Positions 35,234 to 46,907 of a DNA stretch of 64,000 bases are shown here, one piece after another. The stretch spans positions 3,648,001 through 3,712,000 of the forward strand of contig CBDBGH010000003.1 in the NCBI GenBank assembly GCA_965205265.1, written 5' to 3'. Made by a program: the position numbers and the translations under genes. Below the pieces are notes generated by a model. It had not been told where the DNA came from. It saw only the letters and a program-made list of their open reading frames with translations, and searched no databases. The stretch is from Alphaproteobacteria bacterium (GTDB lineage: Bacteria > Pseudomonadota > Alphaproteobacteria > Bin95). Each line of letters opens with the position of its first letter. Position 1 is the stretch's first letter.

Positions 35234-36073
35234 ATGGGTCTCAAGAACATTCTTGTGCATGTGGACGCCAGCGAGCGCGCCGGGGAGCGCGTTCGCGTTG
35301 CGGCGGAGCTCGCCCGGGCCGACGACGGCCATCTGACCGGGGTTTTCGTTTCGCCGGACCCGCTGATCCCGACCTGGATGGTGGCGGGGATGCCGGCGAG
35401 CACGCTCGAAGCCGCCGTGGAACGGGTCCGCGGCGAGGGCGAAACGGCGCGCGGGCGCTTCCAGGAGATCGCGGAGCGGGCCGGCGTCCATGCCGAATGG
35501 CGCCTGGCGTCGGGGTCGGTCAGCCAGGTGACGGCCATGCATGCGCGCTATGCGGACCTCGCCGTGGTCGGCAAGGGCAGCGCCTCGGAGCCGGAACTCT
35601 ACCCCTATCCGGACCTCGCTGCGGACCTCACCATGAGCTGCGGCCGTCCGGTGCTGGTGGTGCCCAACTCCGGGCGGTTCGACCGGCTGGGCGAGAACGT
35701 GCTTGTGTGCTGGAACGCCAGCCGCGAGGCGACGCGGGCGGTGAACGACGCCATGCCGCTGCTGCGCCGGGCGGAGAAGGTGGTGGTCCTCTCGGTCAAT
35801 GCGCGCCGGCCCTCCGGCGGCGACCACGGCGAAATCCCGAGCGCCGATATCGCGCTGCATCTGGCGCGCCACGGCGTGAACGCCGAAGCCGCCAACACCG
35901 TCGCCGACGGTATTTCCGTCTCGGACATCGTGCTCTCGCATGTCAGCGACCGCGGCATCGACCTGATCGTCACGGGCGCCTGGGGGCATTCCCGGATGCG
36001 CGAATGGGCGTTCGGCGGCGTCACCGCCTCGCTGCTGCGCGACACCACGGTCCCCGCCCTGATGTCGCATTGA
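35234..36073 (+). CDS. Universal stress protein (tandem USP)
   Basis: KNILVHVD, GRPVLVVP, WNASREA.RA, GAWGHSR..E..FGGVT. Confidence 0.9.
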   Translation: MGLKNILVHVDASERAGERVRVAAELARADDGHLTGVFVSPDPLIPTWMVAGMPASTLEAAVERVRGEGETARGRFQEIAERAGVHAEWRLASGSVSQVTAMHARYADLAVVGKGSASEPELYPYPDLAADLTMSCGRPVLVVPNSGRFDRLGENVLVCWNASREATRAVNDAMPLLRRAEKVVVLSVNARRPSGGDHGEIPSADIALHLARHGVNAEAANTVADGISVSDIVLSHVSDRGIDLIVTGAWGHSRMREWAFGGVTASLLRDTTVPALMSH

Positions 36074-36137
36074 AACCCGCGTCCTCCGGGCGTATGAACG
36101 GGAGACGCAAGGACTGCGTCCGGCGGGAGAGACGGCG

Positions 36138-37403
<1,266 letters not shown>

Positions 37404-37449
37404 GCGTCACTCCGTCGTTCCCCCCTTTTCCGGCTAGGCCCCCTCTTCT

Positions 37450-37537
37450 CGTCATACCCGGACTTGTTTCGGGTATCCATACGGCCGCCCGGCGGAGCCG
37501 CTTGAGAGAGATACCCGGAACAAGTCCGGGTATGACG
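37450..37537. repeat. 88-bp palindromic REP/RPE-like element, copy 1
   Basis: CGTCATACCCGGACTTGTTTCGGGTATC...GATACCCGGAACAAGTCCGGGTATGACG between convergent genes; followed by a CCTGAGCCTGTCGAAGG unit near 37571. Confidence 0.85.
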
Positions 37538-37615
37538 GAGGGCGCGTCCGGGCAGGGCGGGGGAGTCCGTCCTGAGCCTGTCGAAGGAAGCGCGTATCGA
37601 AGGGCCGGGCGGAAC

Positions 37616-39100
37616 CTAGCCGCAGGCGTATTCCGCGGCGAAGCGGCCGGCGCGGCGGCCGAACACGCTGCCGGACATGAGGCCGGAGCCGCCCGGATAG
37701 TTCTCGAAGAACAGGCCGCCCACCAGTTCGCCGGCGGCATAGAGCCCGTCTATGGGCCGTCCCGAAAGGTCCTGGACGCGGTTCTCATTGTCGATCTGGA
37801 GGCCGCCGAAGGTGAAGGTGACGCCCGTGGTGGTGACGAAGGCGACATAGGGCGGGCGGTCGATGGGCAGCGCCCAGTTGGTCTTGTCCGGGCTCAGCCC
37901 CCCGGTCGAGACCCCGTCCAGCACGGCGGGGTTGTAGGCATTGGAGGACCGGCAGGCGGCGTTGAACTCGCGGACCGTCTTCGCAAGCCCCGCCGGATCG
38001 ATCTCCAGCCCCGCCGCCAGCTCCTCGATCGAGTCCGCCTCCACCCTGGTGACCTCGCGGATGCGGTATTCGTCGCGCAGCATGTGGACGGTCTTCGCGT
38101 CGAAGATCTGCGCGCACCAGCGGTGCGGCTGCTCCATAATGGCGCGGCCGAAGCGCACATAGGTGAGGTTGCGGTAGTCCTCGCCCTCGTCGACGAAGCG
38201 CTCGCCGTCGAGATTCACCATGATGCCGAGCGGGTAGCTGTGCTTCTGGAAATTGTCGCCGACGGCGCGGTCGCCGTAGGGCGGGGCGGAGATGTCCCAG
38301 CCGACGGAGTGGCAGCCGGACCAGTTGCCGTGCGGGCGCGCGCCCGCCTCCAGCGCCATGCGGATGCCGTCGCCGGTATTGTGGCGGGTGCCGCGCACGC
38401 GGGCCAGGTCCCAGCCGTGGCCGAGATAGCGCGCGCGCATCTCCGGATTGGCCTCGAAGCCACCGCAGGCGAGCACCACGGCGCCCGTCTCCAGCACCTC
38501 GTAGCCCTCGGGCGTGCGCAGCCGGAGGCCGGTAATGCGCCCGGTTTCGTCCTGGATGAGGCCCGTGGCGCCCGTGTCGTAGCGGATCTCGATGCCGAGC
38601 GCCCCGGCCCGGCGCAGCAGGAAATCCACCAGCCCCGCCCCGCCGCCGACGGCCTCGATATTCACGCCTCCGTAGAACACCTGTTTGCCGTCCACCTCAT
38701 AGGACTGGCGGCCGAACATCGGCACGAAGCGAACGCCGTTTTCCCTGAGCCACGCCATGGCCGGGCGCGAGTCGTCGATCAGCGTCCAGGCAAGGTCCTC
38801 CTCCGCCTGGTGGCGCGTCACCTTCATCAGCGTGTCGTAGAAGAACTGCCGGTCGTGGGTGGGGAGCTCGATGCGCGCCTTCTCCGCCTCCGAGAGGTCG
38901 GTCAGCACATCGGTGCAGACATCCTCCAGCCCGTCATGGACGAAGCGGAAGCCGCCGGCGGTGAAGAACGAATTGCCGCCCCGCTCCTCCTCCGGCGCCT
39001 TTTCCAGCACCACGACACGGGCGCCCCGTTCCCGCGCCGAAATCGCCGCGCACAAGGCTGCGTTGCCGCAGCCGACGACCGCGACATCCCATGCCGTCAT
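37616..39100 (-). CDS. FAD-dependent oxidoreductase, tricarballylate dehydrogenase TcuA-like
   Basis: VVGCGNAA, RGGNS, GGFEAN, NTGDG, RFVDEG, TFTFGGL, NYPGGSGL..G.VFGR. Confidence 0.85.
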   Translation of the reverse strand: MTAWDVAVVGCGNAALCAAISARERGARVVVLEKAPEEERGGNSFFTAGGFRFVHDGLEDVCTDVLTDLSEAEKARIELPTHDRQFFYDTLMKVTRHQAEEDLAWTLIDDSRPAMAWLRENGVRFVPMFGRQSYEVDGKQVFYGGVNIEAVGGGAGLVDFLLRRAGALGIEIRYDTGATGLIQDETGRITGLRLRTPEGYEVLETGAVVLACGGFEANPEMRARYLGHGWDLARVRGTRHNTGDGIRMALEAGARPHGNWSGCHSVGWDISAPPYGDRAVGDNFQKHSYPLGIMVNLDGERFVDEGEDYRNLTYVRFGRAIMEQPHRWCAQIFDAKTVHMLRDEYRIREVTRVEADSIEELAAGLEIDPAGLAKTVREFNAACRSSNAYNPAVLDGVSTGGLSPDKTNWALPIDRPPYVAFVTTTGVTFTFGGLQIDNENRVQDLSGRPIDGLYAAGELVGGLFFENYPGGSGLMSGSVFGRRAGRFAAEYACG

Positions 39101-39129
39101 GGCCTCGGTCCCCCGGTTCGGGTTTTCGT

Positions 39130-39546
39130 TCAGTCTTCCAGCAGGCCCGTCGCGGAGCCGAGAACGACGGTCTTGCCTTCCTGGTTCTTCGTCTCGATGC
39201 CGATCTCCGCCACGGCCCGGCCATCTTCGTCGCGGATCTCCTGCACCGTGGCGGTCGCGGTCAAGGTGTCGCCCGGCCAGACCTGGTTGGTGAAGCGCAC
39301 GCCGTATTTACGCACGTTCTCCGCCCCGAACAGGTCGGTGACGAGCGTGCCGGTCATGCCCATGGTCAGCATGCCGTGGGCGAACACGCCCGGATAACCG
39401 GCGGCCTCCTTGCAGTAGAGGTCGTCGGTATGCAGCGGATTGTAGTCGCCGCTCGCGCCCGAATACATCACGAGCTGGGTGCGCTTCAGGTCCTCGACCA
39501 CGACCTTCTCGAAGGTCTGGCCGACCGAGATTTCGCTGGCTTTCAT
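39130..39546 (-). CDS. MaoC-like dehydratase
   Basis: YSGASGDYNPLH...AHGML, RF..QVWPGD. Confidence 0.9.
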   Translation of the reverse strand: MKASEISVGQTFEKVVVEDLKRTQLVMYSGASGDYNPLHTDDLYCKEAAGYPGVFAHGMLTMGMTGTLVTDLFGAENVRKYGVRFTNQVWPGDTLTATATVQEIRDEDGRAVAEIGIETKNQEGKTVVLGSATGLLED

Positions 39547-39560
39547 CTTCCGGGTTCCCC

Positions 39561-40052
39561 TTATCCCTGATCGACCGGCCGTTCGGTCCTCACGCCGACG
39601 CCGCGCGCCCGGCAGACATGGTTGCCGTCCTGGTCGTAGTAATCGACGAGGCGCTCGGTGAAGGTGAGCTTGCCGGCGCGGCGGCTTTCCTTCTCCCAGG
39701 TCTCGCCCTGGCTGTAGCGCGCGGTCAGCACGTCGCCCGGCCGGATCGGGCGGGTGTATTCGAAATGCTGCTCGGCATGGAGCCCGCCCGAAGTCGCCGG
39801 CTTGCCCTCGATGCCGGACGGGCTGCCGCCCGAGCCGAACCAGGCTTCGCCGTCCTTGATGCGCAGCGGGTAGTCGGGGTCGAACTGGGCCACCGCCTGG
39901 GGGAAGGTCGGTGGCGCCACCCGGGCACCCATCGGGTTCCCCTCGCCCTGGCCCGGATCGTGATAGGCGGGGTTGTAGTCTCCGATCGAGCGGGCGAACA
40001 TCATCACATGCGCGCCCTCGACCGGGAAGGTGACGGTCTTTTCGTCCGACAC
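39561..40052 (-). CDS. MaoC-like dehydratase N-terminal (hotdog) partner
   Basis: FARSIGD.NP.YHD, APPTF, LHAEQ.FEY.RP..PGD. Confidence 0.85.
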   Translation of the reverse strand: MSDEKTVTFPVEGAHVMMFARSIGDYNPAYHDPGQGEGNPMGARVAPPTFPQAVAQFDPDYPLRIKDGEAWFGSGGSPSGIEGKPATSGGLHAEQHFEYTRPIRPGDVLTARYSQGETWEKESRRAGKLTFTERLVDYYDQDGNHVCRARGVGVRTERPVDQG

Positions 40053-40101
40053 GGGGTCTGCTCCCTTGCTTCGCTGCCGAGCGGGCGACTATAGCGGGGC
40101 C

Positions 40102-40560
40102 ATGGACGCGGACAAGAGCACGCTTCACCTCATCAAGCTGTCGGTCGGCACCGACAGCGTCGAGGGGCTGGCGGACTGGCAGGAGAGCCGCCGCGCCCAC
40201 TGGAAGGCGGTGGAAGGCCGCGCCATCGCAAGGCACATCACCCGCATGACGCCTCGGCGCGGCGACGCGATACTTGCCGGCGGCGGGTCGATCTACTGGG
40301 TCATCAGGGGTTTCGTGCAGGCGCGGCAGCGCATCCTCGCCTTCGAGCCGGCGCCGGGCGCGGGCGGCAGGCCGAGCTGCGCCATCCTGCTGGACGATGC
40401 GCTGGTCCGCGTCGTGCCGCGCGCCCACCGCCCCTTCCAGGGCTGGCGCTATCTGCGCGGCGAGGACGCGCCCGCCGACCTTCCCGCAGACTTCGCCGCC
40501 GAAGGCGACACACTCCCCCCGCGCCTCGCCGCCGAACTCGGCGAACTCGGGCTGCTGTAG
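40102..40560 (+). CDS. DUF1489 family protein
   Basis: LHLIKLSVG, TRMTP.R, GGSIYWVI.G, RPFQGWRYL. Confidence 0.9.
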   Translation: MDADKSTLHLIKLSVGTDSVEGLADWQESRRAHWKAVEGRAIARHITRMTPRRGDAILAGGGSIYWVIRGFVQARQRILAFEPAPGAGGRPSCAILLDDALVRVVPRAHRPFQGWRYLRGEDAPADLPADFAAEGDTLPPRLAAELGELGLL

Positions 40561-40581
40561 GGGAAGCGAAAACGGCTCCGC

Positions 40582-42012
40582 TCACGCGGCGAGCGCGAGC
40601 AGGCGGTCGAGGTCGAGATGCGCTTCCAGATGGTCTGCGAGGCCGTCCAGCACGGCGTCGATTTCCGCTTCGTAAGCCCGTTGCCGCTCCGCGCCCATGC
40701 GCGCGAGGAAGCGCTCGCGGAACCCGTCATTGGCGAACAGGCCGTGGCAATAGGTGCCGAACACGAGGCCGTCTTCCGAGACCGCGCCCTCCGGCCGTCC
40801 GTCGAGATGCAGGAACGGCCGGGCAAGACCGGGCCCGGACGAGCGGCCCATGTGGATTTCGTAGCCGGTGAGTCCGTCGGCGGTGCGGACCGGCACGGTC
40901 CGTTTCCCGGTCTCCAGCACCGTCTCGATGTCGAGCAGCCCGAGGCCGGCGCTCGACCCCGGCGGGCCTTCGACGCCGTCCGGGTCCGACACGCGCCGGC
41001 CCAGCATCTGGAAACCGCCGCAGAGCCCCAGCACGCGCCCGCCCCGGCGCAGATGGGCCCGGATGTCGATATCCCAGCCCTGGTCCAGCAGGAAGGCGAG
41101 GTCGGCCCGCGTGTTCTTGCTGCCGGGCAGCACGGCGAGCCCGATATCGGCGGGCAGCGCTTCGCCGGGGCGCACGAAGCGGACGCCGACTTCGCCGGCC
41201 AGCGGGTCGAGGTCGTCGAAATTGGCGATGCGCGGATAGCGGAACGCGGCAATGCGCGGCGGCCCCTCGCACGAACGGTCGGCCTCCAGGGCCATGGAGT
41301 CCTCCGCCGGCAGTTTCCGGGCGTCCCCGAACCAGGGCACCACGCCGAGGCAGGGCAGCCCCGCGAGGCGCTCCAGCGCGGGAATCGCGGGGTCGAACAG
41401 GGCCGGGTCGCCCCGGAACCTGTTGACGATATAGCCGCGAAGGCGCGCCGCATCGGCGGGCGGCAGCACATGGCGCGTACCGGCGATCGCCGCGATGACG
41501 CCGCCCCGGTCGATGTCGGCCACCAGCACCACCGGCAGCCCGGCGGCCTCTGCAAAGCCCATATTGGCGATGTCGCCTGCGCGGAGATTGATCTCCGAGG
41601 CGCTGCCGGCCCCCTCGACCAGTACGAGGTCGGCATCGGCGGCCAGCCGGCGGAAGGCATCCAGAGCTCCCTCCAGCAGGCCGGCCTTCAGGCGCGCATA
41701 GTCCTTCGCGTCCGCCCGGCCGACGGCGCGTCCGGCCAGCACGACCTGCGCGCCCCGCTCCGATTCGGGCTTCAGCAGCACCGGGTTCATGTCCACATGC
41801 GGCGCCACCCCGGCGGCCCGCGCCTGAAGCGCCTGGGCGCGGCCGATCTCGCCGCCTTGCGGCGTGACCGCAGCATTGTTCGACATGTTCTGCGGCTTGA
41901 ACGGCCTGGTCCGGAGGCCGCGCCGCGCCCAGGCCCGGCAGAGCCCCGCCACGATGAGCGACTTGCCCGCATCCGAGCCCGTCGCCTGCACCATCAGCGC
42001 TTTGGCCGGCAT
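40582..42012 (-). CDS. cobQ: Cobyric acid synthase
   Basis: [44 protein letters not shown]. Confidence 0.95.
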   Translation of the reverse strand: MPAKALMVQATGSDAGKSLIVAGLCRAWARRGLRTRPFKPQNMSNNAAVTPQGGEIGRAQALQARAAGVAPHVDMNPVLLKPESERGAQVVLAGRAVGRADAKDYARLKAGLLEGALDAFRRLAADADLVLVEGAGSASEINLRAGDIANMGFAEAAGLPVVLVADIDRGGVIAAIAGTRHVLPPADAARLRGYIVNRFRGDPALFDPAIPALERLAGLPCLGVVPWFGDARKLPAEDSMALEADRSCEGPPRIAAFRYPRIANFDDLDPLAGEVGVRFVRPGEALPADIGLAVLPGSKNTRADLAFLLDQGWDIDIRAHLRRGGRVLGLCGGFQMLGRRVSDPDGVEGPPGSSAGLGLLDIETVLETGKRTVPVRTADGLTGYEIHMGRSSGPGLARPFLHLDGRPEGAVSEDGLVFGTYCHGLFANDGFRERFLARMGAERQRAYEAEIDAVLDGLADHLEAHLDLDRLLALAA

Positions 42013-42059
42013 GGTGTCGCGCCCGCTTCGAGAGTGACCGGAACCGGCGCTGCGGCCCG

Positions 42060-42758
42060 CTAGAACCGGCTCAACGCCTCGCGGAGCGCATCGGCGGCGG
42101 GGTTGGCGTGGGCGCGCTCGATGACGATGGCGTGAGGCGTTGCGCCCTCCTTGTAGAAGGCGCGGTTCCAGTCCTGGCGGCGCGCAATCACCGCGCCCTC
42201 CAGGGAGGCGCCGGCGAACAGGCCCTGGCTCGTGGAGAAGGTGAGAATGTCGGGCCCGATATTGCTGGTCGTCGAGCCCTCGATACCCGCGCCCTTGGGC
42301 CCGGCCGCGGCGGAGGCGTCGGCGCCGATCTTCATCTGGTCTTCGAGCACCGCCTCAAGGGCACCGTCCGTGCGCATCAGCAGCATCGCTTCGGCGGTCT
42401 GGCCGCCGATCTGGAAGCCGAAACTTATCGAGGCCATGGTGTAGAAGGCCGGGTAACTCCAAGATCCCTTCTCATCGCGGACCAGCAGCACGCCGCTGCC
42501 GCCCTCGCCGCCTACCAGGAATGCGCCCTTGATGAGGGTCGGGAAGATCAGCACGGCCTTCGCCCGGCCGAGAAAATGCTGGAGGCTCGGCCCGACATCC
42601 GGATCGCGGGCAAGCCGCTGGACCGCGATCCGGGCCTTGTCCACGAGCTCGGTCGCTTCTGTCTCTACCGACGAGGCCGCGGCGGGCGCGGACCAGAGCG
42701 CGGCGACCAGCAGGAGCGGGAGGATCGGGCGGGCTGACATGTGCTTCATCGGCGCCAT
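42060..42758 (-). CDS. Ysc84/SYLF lipid-binding domain protein
   Basis: Signal peptide; [34 protein letters not shown]. Confidence 0.85.
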   Translation of the reverse strand: MAPMKHMSARPILPLLLVAALWSAPAAASSVETEATELVDKARIAVQRLARDPDVGPSLQHFLGRAKAVLIFPTLIKGAFLVGGEGGSGVLLVRDEKGSWSYPAFYTMASISFGFQIGGQTAEAMLLMRTDGALEAVLEDQMKIGADASAAAGPKGAGIEGSTTSNIGPDILTFSTSQGLFAGASLEGAVIARRQDWNRAFYKEGATPHAIVIERAHANPAADALREALSRF

Positions 42759-42762
42759 GCTC

Positions 42763-43392
42763 CTAGAATTCGATGCCGATCTGAGCCTTCACACCGGCGC
42801 GGAAAGGATGCTTCACCAGAGTCATTTCGGTGACGAGGTCGGCGACTTCAATCAATTCGGGCCGGGCATTGCGCCCGGTGACGACGACATGCAGATCCTC
42901 GCGGCGGTTCGTCAGCGCCGCGAGCACCCGGTCGAGGTCCAGATAGCCGTAACGCAGCACGATGTTCAGCTCGTCGAGAATCACCAAGGCGTTGGACGGG
43001 TCGGCCATCATGGCCTCGGACAACTCCCAGGCGGCTTCGGCGGCGGCGATGTCGCGCGCGCGGTCCTGCGTCTCCCAGGTGAAGCCCTCGCCCATGGCGC
43101 GAATCTCGACCAGCTCCGGGAAACGGGCGAACACCTCGCGCTCGCCCGTCTTCCACACGCCCTTGACGAACTGCACCACGCCGACCTTGAGGCCGTTGCC
43201 GACGGCGCGGGCCGCCAGCCCGAAGGCGGCGGTCGATTTGCCCTTGCCCTTGCCGGTATGGACGATCAGCAGGCCCTTTTCGATGGTTTTCGTGGCCAGC
43301 ATCCGGTCGCGCGCGGCCTTGCGCTTGCGGGCTTTCTCGTTCGCCCGGGCGTTAACGGCCTCCTCGTCGAGAGAGCCGGTCTCTCGGCTCAT
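42763..43392 (-). CDS. cobO: Cob(I)yrinic acid a,c-diamide adenosyltransferase
   Basis: HTGKGKGKSTAAFG, QFVKG, GEGFTWETQ, TGRNA, KHPF..G.KAQ.GIEF. Confidence 0.95.
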   Translation of the reverse strand: MSRETGSLDEEAVNARANEKARKRKAARDRMLATKTIEKGLLIVHTGKGKGKSTAAFGLAARAVGNGLKVGVVQFVKGVWKTGEREVFARFPELVEIRAMGEGFTWETQDRARDIAAAEAAWELSEAMMADPSNALVILDELNIVLRYGYLDLDRVLAALTNRREDLHVVVTGRNARPELIEVADLVTEMTLVKHPFRAGVKAQIGIEF

Positions 43393-46300
43393 GGATGCTC
43401 TCCGCCGGCCAGCGACCGGAGCAAATCATAGCCGAAATTGGCCCTCGGACGCCACAGGCCCCGGTCCAGCGCTTCGAGGAATCGCGCCGCCGTCTCGCGA
43501 AGCGCGGCGGGATTGCCGTTCTCCATGAAAGCGCGCACCTCCTCGTCCCGGATATAGGCGTCGAACAGCATCTCGAAATGGTGGTCCTTCACCGCGCCCG
43601 TGGTTGCGGCGAAGGCGAAGAGGTAATCGACGGTGGCGGCGATTTCGAAGGCGCCCTTGTAGCCGTGGCGCATGACGCCCCGGATCCATTTGGGGTTGGC
43701 GGCGCGCGCGCGCACCGTGCGGGCGATCTCCTCCTCCAGGCTCATGATGCGCGGGCGTTCCGGGCGGGTGTGGTCGTTGTGATAGACCGCCGGCCGGCGC
43801 CCGGAGAGCATGGCCGCCGCCGCCGCAAGCCCGCCCTCGAACTGGTAGTAGTCGTCGCTGTCGAGCAGGTCGTGCTCGCGGTTGTCCTGGTTGTGGACGA
43901 CGGCTTCGACGCGCGCGAGCCGGCGCTCGAAGGCATGGTGCGCGGGCCGGCCCTCCTCGCCCGCGCCATAGGCGTAGCCGCCCCAGGCGACATAAGCGCG
44001 CGCCAGGTCCTCCGGCCCGTCCCAGCCGCCCTCGTCGATCAGCGCCTGCAAGCCCGCGCCGTAGGCTCCCGGCATGGAGCCGAACACGCGCCAGGTCGCC
44101 TCGCGGAAGCCGTCCCCTTCCGGCGTGCGGAGCGGGTTGTCGTCCTCGTCGAGCCGTGCCACGGCCCGCACCGCGCTGTCGAACAGGTCGATCAGGCCCG
44201 GAAAGGCGTCGCGGAAGAACCCGGAAATGCGCAGCGTGACATCCACGCGCGGGCGGTCGAGCACGCGGCGCGGCACGATCTCGAAGCCGGTGACCCGCCC
44301 GGAGCCGCTGTCCCAGGTCGGCCGCACGCCCATCAGCGCCAGCGCCTGCGCAATGTCGTCGCCGCCGGTCCGCATGGTGCTGGTGCCCCACGCGCTGAGC
44401 GCCAGCGCGCGCGGCCATTCGCCGTGGTCGCGGACATGGCGCTCGACCAGCAGGGTCGCCGAATGCCAGCCGAGCTGCACGGCGGCGGGCGTCGGCACGG
44501 CGCGGGTATCGACGGAGTAGAAATTGCGCCCCGTCGGCAGCACGTCCGGCCGCCCTCGCGTCGGCGCGCCGGAGGGTCCGGGCTCGACGAAGCGGCCGGC
44601 CAGGCCCGCCTGGAGGCCGGCGATTTCCGCCTCGCCCGAGCGGTCCAGAGCCGGGGCCAGCGTTTCCTTGAGGAAGCCGAGCGCGGCAGCGCTTTCGGGG
44701 CCGGGCGGCTCGTCCGCGCCTTCCGCCAGCCGGGCCATTGCCGCCTCCAGCCGCTCCAGCGTGTCGCCGGCCGTGCGCCAGAGCGCATCGCCGGTCAGGA
44801 ACGCGGGCCGGGGGCCGGTCCAGGGTGCGGCAAGGTCCTCGCCGAGTTCCAGGCCGAGGTCCGCCGCGAGCGCCGGCAGCAGCCGCGCGCGCATGGCGGC
44901 CACCAGCAGGTCGCGCCGCTGCCGGCCTTGCGGAGACGCGCCGAAGACATGCAGCCCGTCGCGGATCTGCAGCTCCTTCAGCTCGCAGAGATAGCCGTCG
45001 AGCTTGCCGAGCGCCGCCGCTTCGCCGTCCTCGGGGCGGATGCCGCAATCGGCCGCCAGGCCGCCGCGCCCCGCGAGGTCCAGGATCGCCTCGGCCAGCA
45101 CGGGCAGGCGGCGCGGGTCCAGCGTCGTTGCCTGGAAATATTCGTCCACCAGCCTTTCCAGTTCCACCATGGCCCCGTGGCTCTCCGCGCGGGTGAGCGG
45201 CGGGGTCAGGTGGTCCACAATTGCGGCATGAGTGCGGCGCTTGGCCTGCGCGCCCTCGCCCGGATCGTTGACGATGAACGGATAGAGGTTGGGCAGGGGG
45301 CCGAGCACGGCGTCGGGGAAACAGTCCCCGGAAAGCGCCAGCGCCTTGCCCGGCAGCCATTCCAGATTGCCGTGCTTGCCGAGATGGATGACGGCATGCG
45401 CCCCGAAGCCGCGCCGCAGCCAGCCGTAGAACGCCAGATAGGCCGGCGGCGGCGGCAGGGCGGGGTCGTGATAGCTGGAAGCCGGGTCGATGTCATAGCC
45501 GCGCGACGGCTGCACCGCGACGGCGATATCGCCGAAGAGGAGCGCGGGTATTACATAATCCCGGCAGGCAAGGCCCCAGCGTTCCCGCACGGCGGCGGTC
45601 GCGCCCGCGGGCAGGCCGTTCACGAAACTGTCGAATTCCTGCTTCGGAAATACCGGGCCTCCGGCACGCGCCCGTTGGAGCCGGCGCATCAGCGCGTCGC
45701 CGTCCGCCGGCAGCCCTTCGGCCCCGAGCGCGCGGAGCACGGTGAGCGCCGAGGCCGGGGTGTCGAGGCCGACGCCATTGCCGATGCGCCCGTCGCGCGT
45801 CGGGTAGTTGGCGAGGACTACGGCGATGCGCTTGCGCCCCGGCCGGCGGAGCCGCGCCCAATTGGCGGCGAGCGCCGCCACGAAGCGCGCCCGGTCCGGC
45901 ACCGGCCGGTAGCGGGCGATGGCGCATTCCGTCGCCGCATCGCGGCGGCTCGCGGCCTTGAAGGAGACCGCGCGCGAGATCAGCCGCCCGTCCACTTCCG
46001 GCAGCGCGATGTTCATGGCGATGTCGCGCGGGGAGAGGCCGCGCGTCCCCTCCCGCCAGACGGCCTCCGCGCCGCCCGAGAGCACCGCCTGGACCACCGG
46101 GCAGTCATAGCGGTCGAGCGGGCCCGGACCGTCCGCGCCGCGCGCCGCGAAGCCGGTGGTGTTCACGATGACGGAGGGCGGCTCCTTGGCGAACAGGCGG
46201 TGCAGCAGGCGGAGCGAGTCCGGGTCCTTGAGGCTCGATATCGCGACCGGCCGGGGCGACAGTCCCGCCGCTGCCATCTCTTCGGCCAGCATGTCGATGG

Positions 46301-46907
46301 CCGCGACATTGCCGGATTGCAGATGCGCCCGGTAGAAAAGCAGGGGGGCAACCGGGCCGTCGCCCGCGGCCGCCTTATAGGGCTGGGCGCGCGGGATCGG
46401 CGCGGGTTCCTGCCAGCGGGCGGGGCGGCCGAGCAGGTGGGCGGCGTAGCGCAGGCAGTTCAGCGCGTTGTCGGGGCCGCCCTCCGCCAGATAGCGCCAG
46501 AAACGGCGGCAGGCGTCCGTACCGAGGCTGGAGAAGGCGTCGAGCTCCGGGTCCGGCCGATCATCCCCCGGCAGCAGCGCCACCGGCGCTTCCAGCGCGC
46601 CCAGCCGCTCGACGCCGTAAGGCCAGTAGCCGCGCCCGCCGAGGAGCCGCACCACAACCAGCCGGGCGCGGGAGAGCACGCGCTCGACATGCAGGTCCAC
46701 GGACAGGTTGTGGCCGAGCGCCATGATGTTGGCGAGGCGAAGCGTCGGGGCCTCCGCGTCCTCGGCAAGGCGTTTCCGCTGCGCTTCGGCGAGGAGCGTG
46801 AGTTCGGTGTCGGCCGCGCTCAGGATCGCGATGTCGCCCGGCGTCTGGCCGAGATCGACCGCCTCGCCTTCCTCGACCGCCCCGGGGGTTGCGGCTAGGA
46901 GATGCAC
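43389..46907 (-). CDS. cobN: Cobaltochelatase subunit CobN
   Basis: HLL...G...DLGQTP, PEVDGR, GKHGNLEWLPGK, IRDGLH, LPTGRNFY, NPKWI.G.MRHGYKGA. Confidence 0.95.
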   Translation of the reverse strand: MHLLAATPGAVEEGEAVDLGQTPGDIAILSAADTELTLLAEAQRKRLAEDAEAPTLRLANIMALGHNLSVDLHVERVLSRARLVVVRLLGGRGYWPYGVERLGALEAPVALLPGDDRPDPELDAFSSLGTDACRRFWRYLAEGGPDNALNCLRYAAHLLGRPARWQEPAPIPRAQPYKAAAGDGPVAPLLFYRAHLQSGNVAAIDMLAEEMAAAGLSPRPVAISSLKDPDSLRLLHRLFAKEPPSVIVNTTGFAARGADGPGPLDRYDCPVVQAVLSGGAEAVWREGTRGLSPRDIAMNIALPEVDGRLISRAVSFKAASRRDAATECAIARYRPVPDRARFVAALAANWARLRRPGRKRIAVVLANYPTRDGRIGNGVGLDTPASALTVLRALGAEGLPADGDALMRRLQRARAGGPVFPKQEFDSFVNGLPAGATAAVRERWGLACRDYVIPALLFGDIAVAVQPSRGYDIDPASSYHDPALPPPPAYLAFYGWLRRGFGAHAVIHLGKHGNLEWLPGKALALSGDCFPDAVLGPLPNLYPFIVNDPGEGAQAKRRTHAAIVDHLTPPLTRAESHGAMVELERLVDEYFQATTLDPRRLPVLAEAILDLAGRGGLAADCGIRPEDGEAAALGKLDGYLCELKELQIRDGLHVFGASPQGRQRRDLLVAAMRARLLPALAADLGLELGEDLAAPWTGPRPAFLTGDALWRTAGDTLERLEAAMARLAEGADEPPGPESAAALGFLKETLAPALDRSGEAEIAGLQAGLAGRFVEPGPSGAPTRGRPDVLPTGRNFYSVDTRAVPTPAAVQLGWHSATLLVERHVRDHGEWPRALALSAWGTSTMRTGGDDIAQALALMGVRPTWDSGSGRVTGFEIVPRRVLDRPRVDVTLRISGFFRDAFPGLIDLFDSAVRAVARLDEDDNPLRTPEGDGFREATWRVFGSMPGAYGAGLQALIDEGGWDGPEDLARAYVAWGGYAYGAGEEGRPAHHAFERRLARVEAVVHNQDNREHDLLDSDDYYQFEGGLAAAAAMLSGRRPAVYHNDHTRPERPRIMSLEEEIARTVRARAANPKWIRGVMRHGYKGAFEIAATVDYLFAFAATTGAVKDHHFEMLFDAYIRDEEVRAFMENGNPAALRETAARFLEALDRGLWRPRANFGYDLLRSLAGGEHP

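Noticed and set aside
34004-36073. Apparent long fusion ORFs (also 27585-29249, 39130-40428, 61061-61906)
   Set aside because: Only the C-terminal part is a real protein (USP, GST, MaoC, DUF433) with its own start; the rest is off-frame read-through of neighbouring genes.
37450-37590. CRISPR array interpretation of the palindromic repeats
   Set aside because: Only inverted arms, no regularly spaced direct repeats with unique spacers, and no cas genes.
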